Assembly: GCA_030654175.1 (NCBI GenBank)
Contig: JAURXZ010000030.1
Span: forward strand, 653,510-717,509
Direction: 5' to 3'
Source of the DNA: Bacteroidia bacterium
GTDB taxonomy: Bacteria; Bacteroidota; Bacteroidia; 2-12-FULL-35-15
Length of the DNA stretch: 64,000 nt
Of the stretch, positions 12,101-20,191 are shown in pieces. A program made the translations under genes and the position numbers. The first letter of the stretch is position 1. Every line of letters starts with the position of its first letter. The notes below the pieces were generated by a model. The model saw nothing but the letters and a program-made list of their open reading frames with translations. It did no database searches and had not been told where the DNA came from.

Positions 12101-12435
12101 GCCTCTTCATTTAATTTGTTGAGTGCTTTCACCAAAGAATATTCTTCGATGTATTTTTCAAATTTCATCCGATGGATGATGGCTTTTACAAATTGAGGTG
12201 AATTGTTTTCGGCTTTTGCTTTATCGTAAATTCCAGCCACCACCTCCAAGGCGGATTTGTTCAGGCCTTTTGCAGTGAGCGAATCGACCTTTTTCCATTC
12301 TTTAACATAATTGCTGCCCTTAGGGAAAATTAATAACATCGTGTTTTTATTTTTTTTATAAGTGGTGATTGTAAATGCTGTTGCAATCAATGAAATTGCG
12401 ATCAAAGCAATAACAGATATTCCCTTGTATTTCAT
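6127..12435 (-). CDS. Bacterial alpha-2-macroglobulin family protein (MG domains, thioester motif CSEQ, bait-like Ser/Glu/Gly-rich region)
   Basis: 2102 aa. N-terminal signal/anchor MKYKGISVIALIAISLIATAF. Low-complexity bait-like segment GEGGGGRRQKMASRSMSAPAMGG...SGGGEDMSK, then SNFAETAFFYPQLETDKDGN (A2M N-terminal region signature), then the thioester site EYPYECSEQTFSRFYANSIASH. Confidence 0.9.
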   Translation of the reverse strand: MKYKGISVIALIAISLIATAFTITTYKKNKNTMLLIFPKGSNYVKEWKKVDSLTAKGLNKSALEVVAGIYDKAKAENNSPQFVKAIIHRMKFEKYIEEYSLVKALNKLNEEAKEATYPVKPVLQSMIAESYWQYYQNNRWKFYNRTATVNFDNDDITTWDLKTIFSQVIKNYQASLESVDSLKRTPLNIYDEILVKENNNSRKFRPTLYDFVAHRAVDFYMSEEPDIIRPAYKFELNDNNYFNDFESFSKLKIETKDTLSSKYYALTILQDLIKFHSATNSFSYKEGHGEIALIDVDLKRLKFVKNKSVSEIKDSLYLKALQNLEKRLAANPASAEVSYEIAKVYFEQGNKYKPLQSEEYKWLKKQALEVCDAVIKKYPKSDGAINCEVLKAQINEHSIDFITDKVALPNQPFRALLTYKNVKTVYVRIAQMDIDKYNRSVERYYGEQLIKQYLKLAPLKEWTIELPVDEDYQSHSTEIKIPELPLGHYVILIGSDKTFSYKKNGVAYAPIWSSNISYINRKMTNGSYDFYLQHRENGAPLKGVSAQLYYEKYNYTLRKYEYVRSEKFTSDETGYFNVPPVGDYRNFSVDFSYNAPSATGDGKVEVDRLQTDNAIYQYKTYIDEKRKQPRTFFFMDRAIYRPGQTVYFKGIMINTDGETNEIMPKTSTTVTFYDVNSQKVADVSLTTNEYGTFNGSFTTPSGVLNGQMSLSNGSGSIYFSVEEYKRPKFEVSFNPVKGSFRLDEKIKVEGLAKAYSGAKIDGAEVKYRVVRNASFPYWWYWWRGYYPQSPQMEITNGVTTSNDTGAFFIDFKAQPDLSIPKSYQPTYSFTVYADVTDINGETHSSQTNVRVAYTALTLDINIPALLEKENKEAFTISTTNMSGQFQAAQGKVEIYKLKEPEKTYRTRAWTQPDKFLLSKDEFEKTFPNDEYKDENNMYKWVRGEKVFEKAFKNTAEIVSASGKISSPNMNDSVKIANLNTWKKGVYVMEAHSKDAYGEDVKEIKYFTVYSNSGSEVPGNNIDWFNMITVRPVEPGAKAQFVIGSKENNVKVLYEIEHKGEIVKKEYITLNKEQKLIEIPVEEKHRGNFSFHCVFIKNNRSYMHDGVITVPYTNKELDIEFETFRNKLLPGQQEEWKVKIKDKKGDKLAAEMMATLYDASLDAFKPNYWYFDIYNNYYSNLYWDVNSGFGTANAQVFNIEWNRYPSGVYRYYDHLNWFGYSNGYYGYGDDMDGEGGGGRRQKMASRSMSAPAMGGSLAREEKSAESDESELSGNSKDKKESPKKDSNSGYLNDVTTASTGESQNQEPEEKSGGGEDMSKVAARSNFAETAFFYPQLETDKDGNVIIKFTIPEALTKWKMMGFAHTKDLKFGTIQKELVTQKDLMVIPNAPRFFRENDKMEFSTKISNLSDGDLTGTAQVYFYDATSMKDITAQLTKEGQTSFTSKKGQSSALSWSITVPEGVGAITYKVVAKAGNFTDGEEMALPVLTNRMLVTETMPLPIRNNQTKTFRFEKLINQSNGSTTLRNHKLTLEFTANPAWYAVQALPYLMEYPYECSEQTFSRFYANSIASHIANSSPKIKAVFDSWKNTPDSKALLSNLEKNQELKSLMLEETPWVLDAKDETERKKRVAVLFDLNKMSNELAVALKKLQKQQSSNGGWPWFEGMPDNRYITQHIITGMGHLDHLGIKNIHNDATVWNMVKEGVKYLDNRIREDYEWILKHDRAHLNDNHLGYQQIQYLYARSYFKDISIDNRNQTAFDYYKGQEKKYWLQNSRYMQGMIALALHRYDDKVTPKDIMKSLKENSLNSEEMGMYWKENYDGFYWYQAPIEAQALLIEAFDEVSNDKKAVDDLKVWLLKSKQTQDWKTTKATTEAVYALLLRGTDWLATESNVEISLGEQKIDPKKMPDLKQEAGTGYFKTSWSGGDINPKMGEVTVVKKDEGVSWGALYWQYFEQLDKITPSKTPLNLKKQLFLQKNTDAGPVIEPITEKTLLKVGDKIKVRIELRVDRDMEYVQMKDMRASGFEPTNVISRYKWQDGLGYYESTRDAATNFFFDRLPKGTYVFEYPLVVTHNGNFSNGITSIQCMYAPEFSSNSEGIRVKVGK

Positions 12436-12581
12436 ACTTAAACTGTTTTTTATTTGTAAATATTGGATTCATAGTTGTTTATAGAAAACATTAAACTTGA
12501 ATACTATAATAATGATGCAGGGTGAATTAAAATTCCATAAAGAATCAAAATATTTTTTTTAATCATTTGATTAAAAGGCCA

Positions 12582-14765
12582 TTAAACTCTAATTCCAATC
12601 ACTAAAATATCATCCACCTGCTCACAATTTCCTTTCCACTGTTGGAGCTGTTTATTTAAAATTTCTTTTTGCATGCGCATTGGCTTATGGCAATTCGCCA
12701 AAAACAACTCTTTCAATTGTTTGGACTGGAATTTTTTACCTTTCGGTCCACCAAACTGATCAACGTAACCATCGCTGAATGTAAAAATACAATCGCCTTT
12801 TTCTAATGGGATCACTGTGCGTGTGAATGGTTTTTCTATACCAATATGTTTTCCTACAGGCATTTTATCTGGTTTAAATACCAATAGTTCACCATTTCTA
12901 ATAATATAAAAAGAATTATTGGCGGCAGAATATTCCAATTCCATTTTTTTAAGATCGAAACGACACAGAACAGTATCCATTCCATCTTTCCCCTCTTCGG
13001 AAGACCCTTCAGGGTTAACTGCTAAAATTATTATTCTACGTAATTCATTAAGAATTTCATCCGTATGTTTAAGATGGGATTTGGAATAAATAATTTCATT
13101 AAGAATCCCCATACTGATCAAACTCATAAATGCACCCGGTATTCCGTGGCCGGTGCAATCAGCTGTACAAACATACAGGTCGTTATCTTTTTCCATCAAC
13201 CAATAAAAATCCCCACTCACAATATTTCGAGGCTGATACAAAATAAAATAATCGGAAAGGCGCTGAGAAATATACCTTTCAGATGTTAAAAAAGAAGATT
13301 GAATTCGTTTTGCATAGCTGATACTCTCGGTAATTTCTTTATTCTTTTGGCTGATCTCAATATTCGCTTTTTGTTTAATCCGATAACGGTTATAAGCAAG
13401 CAACGCAAACAACAATAACAATATACTTACTCCAATAGAACCATTTTTAACAACATTCTGGTTTTTTAACTTCGCCTCTTGTAATGATTTGTCTTTGGTA
13501 AGCAGTTCGATCTCTTTTTCTTTTTTATCAGTTTCATATTTAGTTTGTATTTCCGCCATGTTTTTTGAATTGTTTTCATTCATAAGCGAATCTTTAATAG
13601 TGGCATGATGTCTAAAATAAGTATATGCATTTTTAAAGTCTTCTTTTTTTAAGTATGCTTCTGAAAGTTCTTCATTACCTTCCATCAATATTTCCTTACT
13701 TTTAATAGATTCAGCAAGTACTAAACTTTTTTTTAGATATTTCAATGCCTTTTCAATATCCCCTTTATTAGAATATAAAGTACCAATATTGAGCAATGAT
13801 TTTGCGCTTCCATCTTTATTTTCAATATCATCATTTATAAGCAAGGCTCTCTCATAATATTCTAAGGCTTTTTCGTAATTTTTTTTGTTGCTGTATATGT
13901 TTCCGATATTCATTAGAGAAATTGCAGTTGCGGTTTTATCTTTAATTTCTTCAGTAATTCGCAAAGATTTTAGATAATATACCAATGCAGTATCATTGTT
14001 TTTTAGTTTTTCATAAACATTTCCAATATTAGTTAGGGATTTATTAAGACCCGCTTGACTTTGCACCTCAGTGCTGATTGCCATCGCTTGTTTATAATAG
14101 GTCAAAGCGCTTTCGTAATTCCCGCCTGCCTTATAAACATTCCCAACTCCTAAAGAAGGGTTAATCATTAACTCCCTATTGCCAAGCTGCTCAAATGTTT
14201 TTAATGCCTTGATATAATACTCCAAAGCTTTTTCATAATTCCCTGTATAAAAATACGAGGTCGCAATATTGCTAAGTGGCATGGATTTTTTATCTCCAAT
14301 GAATTCACAAATTTCTAAAGATTTTAAATAATTTTTTAAAGCTTTTTCATAATTTCCTTGATTTATATTAACATTCCCAATACTATTTAAACTATTCGCA
14401 ATTCCTTTTTTATCGGAAATACCTTCTCTGACAGATAATGCTTTAGAATACTGCTCTAATGCTTTATCAAAATCCCCTTGAACAAAATAAATAGCACCAA
14501 TTGCGCTATAAGAGTTTCCTATCCCTTTTTTAAAATCAATTTTTGCAGAAAGTTTTAATGCTTCATGGGAATGTTCTAAAGCTTTTTCAGGGTTTTTTTT
14601 TCTGTATTCTACTGACAGAGCATTTAGAATATTTATTTTTGATGTGTCGACAGAATTTTTTAATTCATTTTCGAGACTATCTATTTTATTGGATTGGGGA
14701 AAGCAACTTGCAGGATGAAATAAAATGCAAACAAAAATCAAAAAGGAAAATAAAAAATATTTCAT
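12582..14765 (-). CDS. TPR / TM / PP2C (SpoIIE-type) phosphatase, fourth paralog
   Basis: 727 aa with signal peptide, TPR units, TM segment SIGVSILLLLFALLAY, and the phosphatase block SGDFYWLMEKDNDLYVCTADCTGHGIPGAFMSL...FSDGYVDQFGG. Confidence 0.85.
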   Translation of the reverse strand: MKYFLFSFLIFVCILFHPASCFPQSNKIDSLENELKNSVDTSKINILNALSVEYRKKNPEKALEHSHEALKLSAKIDFKKGIGNSYSAIGAIYFVQGDFDKALEQYSKALSVREGISDKKGIANSLNSIGNVNINQGNYEKALKNYLKSLEICEFIGDKKSMPLSNIATSYFYTGNYEKALEYYIKALKTFEQLGNRELMINPSLGVGNVYKAGGNYESALTYYKQAMAISTEVQSQAGLNKSLTNIGNVYEKLKNNDTALVYYLKSLRITEEIKDKTATAISLMNIGNIYSNKKNYEKALEYYERALLINDDIENKDGSAKSLLNIGTLYSNKGDIEKALKYLKKSLVLAESIKSKEILMEGNEELSEAYLKKEDFKNAYTYFRHHATIKDSLMNENNSKNMAEIQTKYETDKKEKEIELLTKDKSLQEAKLKNQNVVKNGSIGVSILLLLFALLAYNRYRIKQKANIEISQKNKEITESISYAKRIQSSFLTSERYISQRLSDYFILYQPRNIVSGDFYWLMEKDNDLYVCTADCTGHGIPGAFMSLISMGILNEIIYSKSHLKHTDEILNELRRIIILAVNPEGSSEEGKDGMDTVLCRFDLKKMELEYSAANNSFYIIRNGELLVFKPDKMPVGKHIGIEKPFTRTVIPLEKGDCIFTFSDGYVDQFGGPKGKKFQSKQLKELFLANCHKPMRMQKEILNKQLQQWKGNCEQVDDILVIGIRV

Positions 14766-14964
14766 CTAATTATGAATTTTATTAAAACCTGATTATTAGG
14801 TATAATTTAACGTATAATAACTGTTTTGTTTGAACCAAAAAACACATTTAATAAAAAAAATTTCTTGTTTATAAAAATGCAAACCTTACGAATAACAGAG
14901 ATAAAAAATTATATCATCCTCAACACAAATTTTTTATAACGATGCAATTTACATCAATTTTTTT

Positions 14965-15010
14965 ATAAAAAATAACCCCGATAAATTCTTATCTAAAAAA
15001 TTTATCGGGG
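14965..15010 (-). terminator. Rho-independent terminator for the SBBP/T9SS gene
   Basis: Stem ccccgataaatt / aatttatcgggg (12 bp) with a U-run on the minus strand (top-strand aaaaaataa at 14965-14975), immediately after the stop at 15036. Confidence 0.7.
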
Positions 15011-15035
15011 TATTCAGATGAAGTGTTTTATTGTT

Positions 15036-17459
15036 TTATTCCACTTGTATCATTTTTATTGTGATGATTTCGCTGCCAATTTTTAATTTCAATAAATAAA
15101 CACCTGCTGTCAACCCTATATTATCTGCGTTAAATTTACAGGTAACGACTCCTGCTTGTTTTTTTTCATTTAATACTTCGGCTACCTTTTCCCCCAATAA
15201 ATTAAATACATCCAATTGAATCACATTTGCATCCACTATTGTAAACTGAATAGTGGCAATCCCTTTATTAGGATTTGGATATAAATGTATGTTTGTTTTA
15301 GACGGAGTGATTTGCTTCACAGTTGCTAATGGATCAATATAAATCGAACCCGAATCAGCTATAAAGTCAAGGTTATTGATATTTTGTAAACTATCTAAAC
15401 ATTCATGATACGTTGAATCCATCGGCAAACCGGGGATATTTACATAAATTTTATAACATCCGGCTGGAAGATTGCTAAAAATATACTTTCCATCTACATC
15501 AGTAGATGTATAAGCAATGATGCTGCCAGGGTCCCCTTCTAAACCGATTGGAGTCCCTTGAATGGGCGTCCCAGCTGTGCGGTCATAACCAAAACCTTCT
15601 AAAATAACACCTCCTAATGAAGCACTTCCATTAAGGGAAAGAAGCCCTCTCATATTAATGGTTGCTGTTGAGAAGGTTGTAAATGGGGATGTGATAACTA
15701 TAGGAGTAGCTTGCTCCCAATGTGTAGAATCGGAAAAGTATGTTGCGGCAAGCAAGGGGTAAGTCAAACTATCGGCTATTGCTAATACAAGATAACTATC
15801 TTCATAAACCTCCAAGAAAGCATAATCACCAGCGGTTTGAATTGAAGTGATATCAACTAAATGCATTGCAGCATTCCCATCATTTGTATACTGTGTATAT
15901 AAATAAACATAACCGGCAGTAACAGGGTTTCCGATATTATCAAAAACATTTCCTGAAATTGTAGAGGTTCCGCCCGGGCGATATTTTGCAAAAAAGATAT
16001 CCTGTGTATTAGATGAACTCACGCGGTTTGCTATTCCGGCACCAACATCAAAATTTACCGTGCCTTGATAATATCCTGTAATGTATACATTTTCTGCTGT
16101 ATCAACAGCAATACCTGTTCCTGCATCTTCAACACCTGCACAAAGGCTTTTCGCCCATAAGTAATTCCCTGCATTATCATATTTTGCGAAAAATATATCC
16201 CCTCCATCTGACCCGCTTGTATGGGTGTCATCAACTGTTATTGAAGGGTCAAAATCGGCATCGCCCTGGAAAGATCCTGTTATGTATATATCGCCTTCAT
16301 TGTCAACAACAATGCATGATCCAAGGGCGCTATCAACAGCAGAAGTGGCCGGTGCTCCAATTGGATATGCAAATTCATATTCTCCGAGCTGATTGTATTT
16401 TGCGTAAAATAAATCTTTAACCCCCTTAGAAGTTTGAATTTGGCCACCCATTGGATCAAAAGCTATGGTGCCACTGAAAGCACCTGTTAAATAAAATTTG
16501 CCGGCAGTATCCACTGCAATGCTTGTTCCCACACCAGAACCAGCGCTTCCACTGAGTTTTTGGGCAATAACATATCCTCCAAACGAGTCATATTTAGCAA
16601 AAAATATTGCGTCTTGGGTGCCTAAGGATATTTGATTAATAATACCCGGTCCCGGGTCAAAATCAACCGAACCTTTAAAAGATCCTGTCAAATAAGCATT
16701 TCCTGATTTATCAACAGTAATTGATGTAGCGATATCACGGTCTGCACCTCCTATTTGATTTGACCATTGAAAAATCCCTGCGTTATCGTACTTTGTAATA
16801 AATATATCTTCAACACCTCCTATCGCTGAAAACAGGGCCCCTCCTATGGTTGATTCAAAATTCGCACTTTTAAAAACCCCTGTTACATATACATTTCCGG
16901 TGATATCCAGAGCAACACTATTGGTAATATCAACTAATAAGCCTCCTTGGCTTCTTACCCACATAAAATTTCCACTATTATCATATTTTGCAACAAAACC
17001 GTCCAGTTCTCCTGAGCTTGACGCATAAGATATCACTTGATTGGATGTATTAAAATCCACAGTACCCCAAAAAGCACCGGCTAAGTATACGTTTCCAGCA
17101 GTATCAACTGCAATACTTGCCCCTGAAGACCAACTTGATAAATTATATGCATCTAGTGTTTTCGCCCAAACACAATCACCATTGGCAGTGTATTTTGCGA
17201 AAAAACAATTACGAACTCCTGAACCTACTAAAGAAACGGGAGTTCCGAAAGGATTAAAATCGGCAGGTGCAATCCCTGCGCCAAAAGATCCAGTTACATA
17301 TACAAAGCCCGAATCATCAACAGCAATGCTATATCCTTTATCGTTTCCAAGGCCGGTAGAACTAATACCTTTAACCCATTTATAATTTATTTGAGCTATT
17401 GCATGATTAAATGCTAAACAACCCAATAGAATGAAAAAAAATTGTATTTGTTTTTTCAT
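15036..17459 (-). CDS. Secreted SBBP-type beta-propeller repeat protein with T9SS type A (Por) C-terminal sorting domain
   Basis: Repeated GNVYVTG(S/A)F... SBBP-like blades throughout. C-terminal ~85 aa (NIHLYPNPNKGIATIQF...GVYLLKLKIGSEIITIKMIQVE) has the T9SS type A CTD pattern. Start set at MKKQIQFFFILLGCLAF (signal peptide); the ORF-track start at 17507 adds 16 unlikely residues. Confidence 0.8.
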   Translation of the reverse strand: MKKQIQFFFILLGCLAFNHAIAQINYKWVKGISSTGLGNDKGYSIAVDDSGFVYVTGSFGAGIAPADFNPFGTPVSLVGSGVRNCFFAKYTANGDCVWAKTLDAYNLSSWSSGASIAVDTAGNVYLAGAFWGTVDFNTSNQVISYASSSGELDGFVAKYDNSGNFMWVRSQGGLLVDITNSVALDITGNVYVTGVFKSANFESTIGGALFSAIGGVEDIFITKYDNAGIFQWSNQIGGADRDIATSITVDKSGNAYLTGSFKGSVDFDPGPGIINQISLGTQDAIFFAKYDSFGGYVIAQKLSGSAGSGVGTSIAVDTAGKFYLTGAFSGTIAFDPMGGQIQTSKGVKDLFYAKYNQLGEYEFAYPIGAPATSAVDSALGSCIVVDNEGDIYITGSFQGDADFDPSITVDDTHTSGSDGGDIFFAKYDNAGNYLWAKSLCAGVEDAGTGIAVDTAENVYITGYYQGTVNFDVGAGIANRVSSSNTQDIFFAKYRPGGTSTISGNVFDNIGNPVTAGYVYLYTQYTNDGNAAMHLVDITSIQTAGDYAFLEVYEDSYLVLAIADSLTYPLLAATYFSDSTHWEQATPIVITSPFTTFSTATINMRGLLSLNGSASLGGVILEGFGYDRTAGTPIQGTPIGLEGDPGSIIAYTSTDVDGKYIFSNLPAGCYKIYVNIPGLPMDSTYHECLDSLQNINNLDFIADSGSIYIDPLATVKQITPSKTNIHLYPNPNKGIATIQFTIVDANVIQLDVFNLLGEKVAEVLNEKKQAGVVTCKFNADNIGLTAGVYLLKLKIGSEIITIKMIQVE

Positions 17460-17724
17460 GTGTCCGAGATTTAAATGTTGTATGCCAAAGATAGTACAAA
17501 AAATCAATTTTCCTACTCTAAAATTCAGGCATTAAGTCTAACAACATCAGGCCTGAAATCAATAAATAGTTTTTATAAAAACTGAAAAAACAATTCTAAT
17601 TGGGCCTGAAATCAGCCTTTTAAAAAAGGCGAGGGCCTTTAGTTGAACTATTCAAAATTTTTGAATTCGAATTTGAATTTTTGAATCTGAGCGCAGGAAA
17701 AAAATTGAAATAAAAAACAGAAAA

Positions 17725-18324
17725 TTAATCAATGTCAGTAACTCCACCTGAAACAACAAATTTCATTACTTCGGATGAGGAAGCCTCCACGTAAGTAATA
17801 TGGTCAAGCGGTACTATCAATAAATTGCCTGAAAAAGAATAGGATAATGGCATATAAACGGCTACGGTACCCTCCTTAATTTTGAGTTCACTAAGATCTT
17901 CCTGGGTCACAAAACCTAACTGCTGAATGTTATTTTCTTTATTAATGGTAACCAATACAGGCTTATTAAAACGTTTTTTACTACCAACAAATGCGGAAAA
18001 TAAATCTTTTATTGATGAATACACTGTTTTAATAAGGGGCGTATGCTCCATAATGCTGTCAAACATTATAAACAAAGGGCGTAAAATGATTGATGAACCC
18101 AACAAGCCCATTAAAAAAATCAATGCCAATGCAGAACCAAGTACTATGAATGGATCCACTACGGGACTTACAATTACCCCAAAAATGCTAAAAAAAGACC
18201 CTACTAAAACAACAATGCTGTATACCACATAGGCGGTGATCGCAACCGGCACTGTGATAATTAACCCTTGAATAAAATAACGTAAAATTTTGTTCATTTT
18301 TTGTAGCTTTTTTAATGGAAACAA
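17725..18324 (-). CDS. DUF502-family small membrane protein
   Basis: 199 aa with two N-terminal TM helices, then a conserved soluble part (LIKTVYSSIKDLFSAF...VLVTINKENN...GFVTQE...LSYSFSGNLLIVP) typical of COG2928/DUF502. Confidence 0.7.
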   Translation of the reverse strand: MFPLKKLQKMNKILRYFIQGLIITVPVAITAYVVYSIVVLVGSFFSIFGVIVSPVVDPFIVLGSALALIFLMGLLGSSIILRPLFIMFDSIMEHTPLIKTVYSSIKDLFSAFVGSKKRFNKPVLVTINKENNIQQLGFVTQEDLSELKIKEGTVAVYMPLSYSFSGNLLIVPLDHITYVEASSSEVMKFVVSGGVTDID

Positions 18325-18560
18325 AATTAGTCAAATATTTTTTTGTTTCAGTAGGAATCAAGCCTTAAAACAAAATGGGAGCACAAATAAGGCAGATTCA
18401 ACCATATTGAATATGTGGAAATATGTGAGAAGGATTTAAATAGTGATATTGCTATCAATTTTATAAAAATTAAACAGCCTCTGACAACCATTATTTTATT
18501 ATTTTTGAAAACAGCCATAAGATGATTCCCCGGAATCACAACAAAAAATAATTATTCTGA

Positions 18561-20105
18561 ATGGAAAACAAGATACAAGAACTCAACAAAAAGATAGCTG
18601 AAGCACAATTAGGTGGTGGAGAAAAACGCATTGAATCTCAGCATAAAAAAGGAAAACTTACAGCGAGAGAACGCTTACATTTTTTAATGGATGAAGGTAG
18701 TTTTGAAGAAATAGGAATGTTTGTAACACACCGTTCTGTTGAATTTGGTATGGAACGCGAAAAGTATTTAGGAGACGGTGTAGTAACGGGTTACGGAACT
18801 ATCAACGGACGATTGGTTTATGTTTTTTCCCAGGATTTTACAGTGTTTGGAGGATCGTTAAGTGAAACGCATGCCGAAAAAATTTGTAAGATCATGGATC
18901 TGGCCATGCAAAATGGTGCACCTGTAATTGGGCTGAACGATAGTGGTGGTGCACGTATCCAGGAGGGTGTTGTTTCACTGGGTGGTTATGCAGATATTTT
19001 TTATCGTAATACCCGAGCTTCAGGAGTGATCCCTCAACTATCAGCAATAATGGGACCTTGCGCTGGTGGCGCAGTATACTCTCCTGCTATTACAGATTTT
19101 ATTATGATGGTTGAAAACACTTCTTATATGTTTGTTACAGGTCCGAACGTGGTAAAAACAGTAACACACGAAGAAGTAACATCAGAAGAATTAGGAGGCG
19201 CCTCTACACACTCAACAAAATCAGGAGTAACCCATTTTTCATGTGCCAACGAAATTGAGTGTATCAATAACATTAAAGCACTATTGAGCTATATGCCGCA
19301 AAACTGTGAAGATGAAGCACCGAGCGTTTTGTATGAAAGTAATGGCAAAGAAAAACGCCCTGAACTAAATTCAATTATTCCTAAAAACCCAAATCAACCC
19401 TATGATATTCGTGAAGTAATTAATGGGGTGATCGATTCGGAATCTTTTTTGGAAGTACACAAAAATTTCGCAGAAAACATTGTAGTTGGTTTTGCAAGAC
19501 TGGCAGGTAAAAGCATTGGTATTGTTGCAAATCAACCTGCTTTTTTGGCCGGGGTATTGGATATTGATTCATCCACTAAAGCTGCACGTTTTGTTCGTTT
19601 TTGCGATAGCTTTAATATTCCCTTACTGGTGTTTGAAGATGTCCCTGGATTTTTACCGGGTACCGACCAGGAATGGAACGGTATCATTACCAGCGGTGCA
19701 AAATTATTGTATGCTTTTTGTGAAGCAACTGTACCGCGCATTACTGTAATTACCCGCAAAGCTTATGGTGGTGCTTATGATGTGATGAACAGCAAACATA
19801 TTGGTGCCGACATGAACTACGCCTGGCCAACAGCTGAAATTGCTGTAATGGGTGCTAAAGGTGCTGCTGAAATTATTTTCAAAAACGAAATTGCATCCTC
19901 TAAAGATCCTGCAGCCACTCTTGCTGAAAAGGAAAGAGAATATATTAAACACTTCGCAAATCCCTACCGTGCTGCCGAAAGAGGTTATGTAGATGAAGTG
20001 ATTAATCCGGAAGATACACGTGAAAAATTAATAAAAGCATTTGGTATGCTTAAAAACAAAGTAGATGTATTACCAAAGAAAAAACATGGTAATATTCCGT
20101 TGTAA
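18561..20105 (+). CDS. Acyl-CoA carboxylase carboxyltransferase subunit (propionyl-CoA carboxylase beta / methylmalonyl-CoA carboxyltransferase family)
   Basis: 514 aa with strong family resemblance (N-terminal [18 protein letters not shown]..., GGARIQEGV, the carboxyltransferase N and C halves). Confidence 0.9.
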   Translation: MENKIQELNKKIAEAQLGGGEKRIESQHKKGKLTARERLHFLMDEGSFEEIGMFVTHRSVEFGMEREKYLGDGVVTGYGTINGRLVYVFSQDFTVFGGSLSETHAEKICKIMDLAMQNGAPVIGLNDSGGARIQEGVVSLGGYADIFYRNTRASGVIPQLSAIMGPCAGGAVYSPAITDFIMMVENTSYMFVTGPNVVKTVTHEEVTSEELGGASTHSTKSGVTHFSCANEIECINNIKALLSYMPQNCEDEAPSVLYESNGKEKRPELNSIIPKNPNQPYDIREVINGVIDSESFLEVHKNFAENIVVGFARLAGKSIGIVANQPAFLAGVLDIDSSTKAARFVRFCDSFNIPLLVFEDVPGFLPGTDQEWNGIITSGAKLLYAFCEATVPRITVITRKAYGGAYDVMNSKHIGADMNYAWPTAEIAVMGAKGAAEIIFKNEIASSKDPAATLAEKEREYIKHFANPYRAAERGYVDEVINPEDTREKLIKAFGMLKNKVDVLPKKKHGNIPL

Positions 20106-20112
20106 CGATTTG

Positions 20113-20186
20113 ATGTTGGACGTTGGATGTTAGATATTGGGACTCAGGGTGTTTGATTAACCAATATCTAATTTCCAATATCCAAC
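20113..20186. terminator. Imperfect long inverted repeat between convergent genes (candidate bidirectional terminator)
   Basis: gttggatgttagatattgg ... ccaatatctaatttccaatatccaac form an ~18-bp imperfect stem with a ~20-nt loop between the stops at 20105 (+) and 20192 (-). Confidence 0.45.
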
Positions 20187-20191
20187 TTTAG

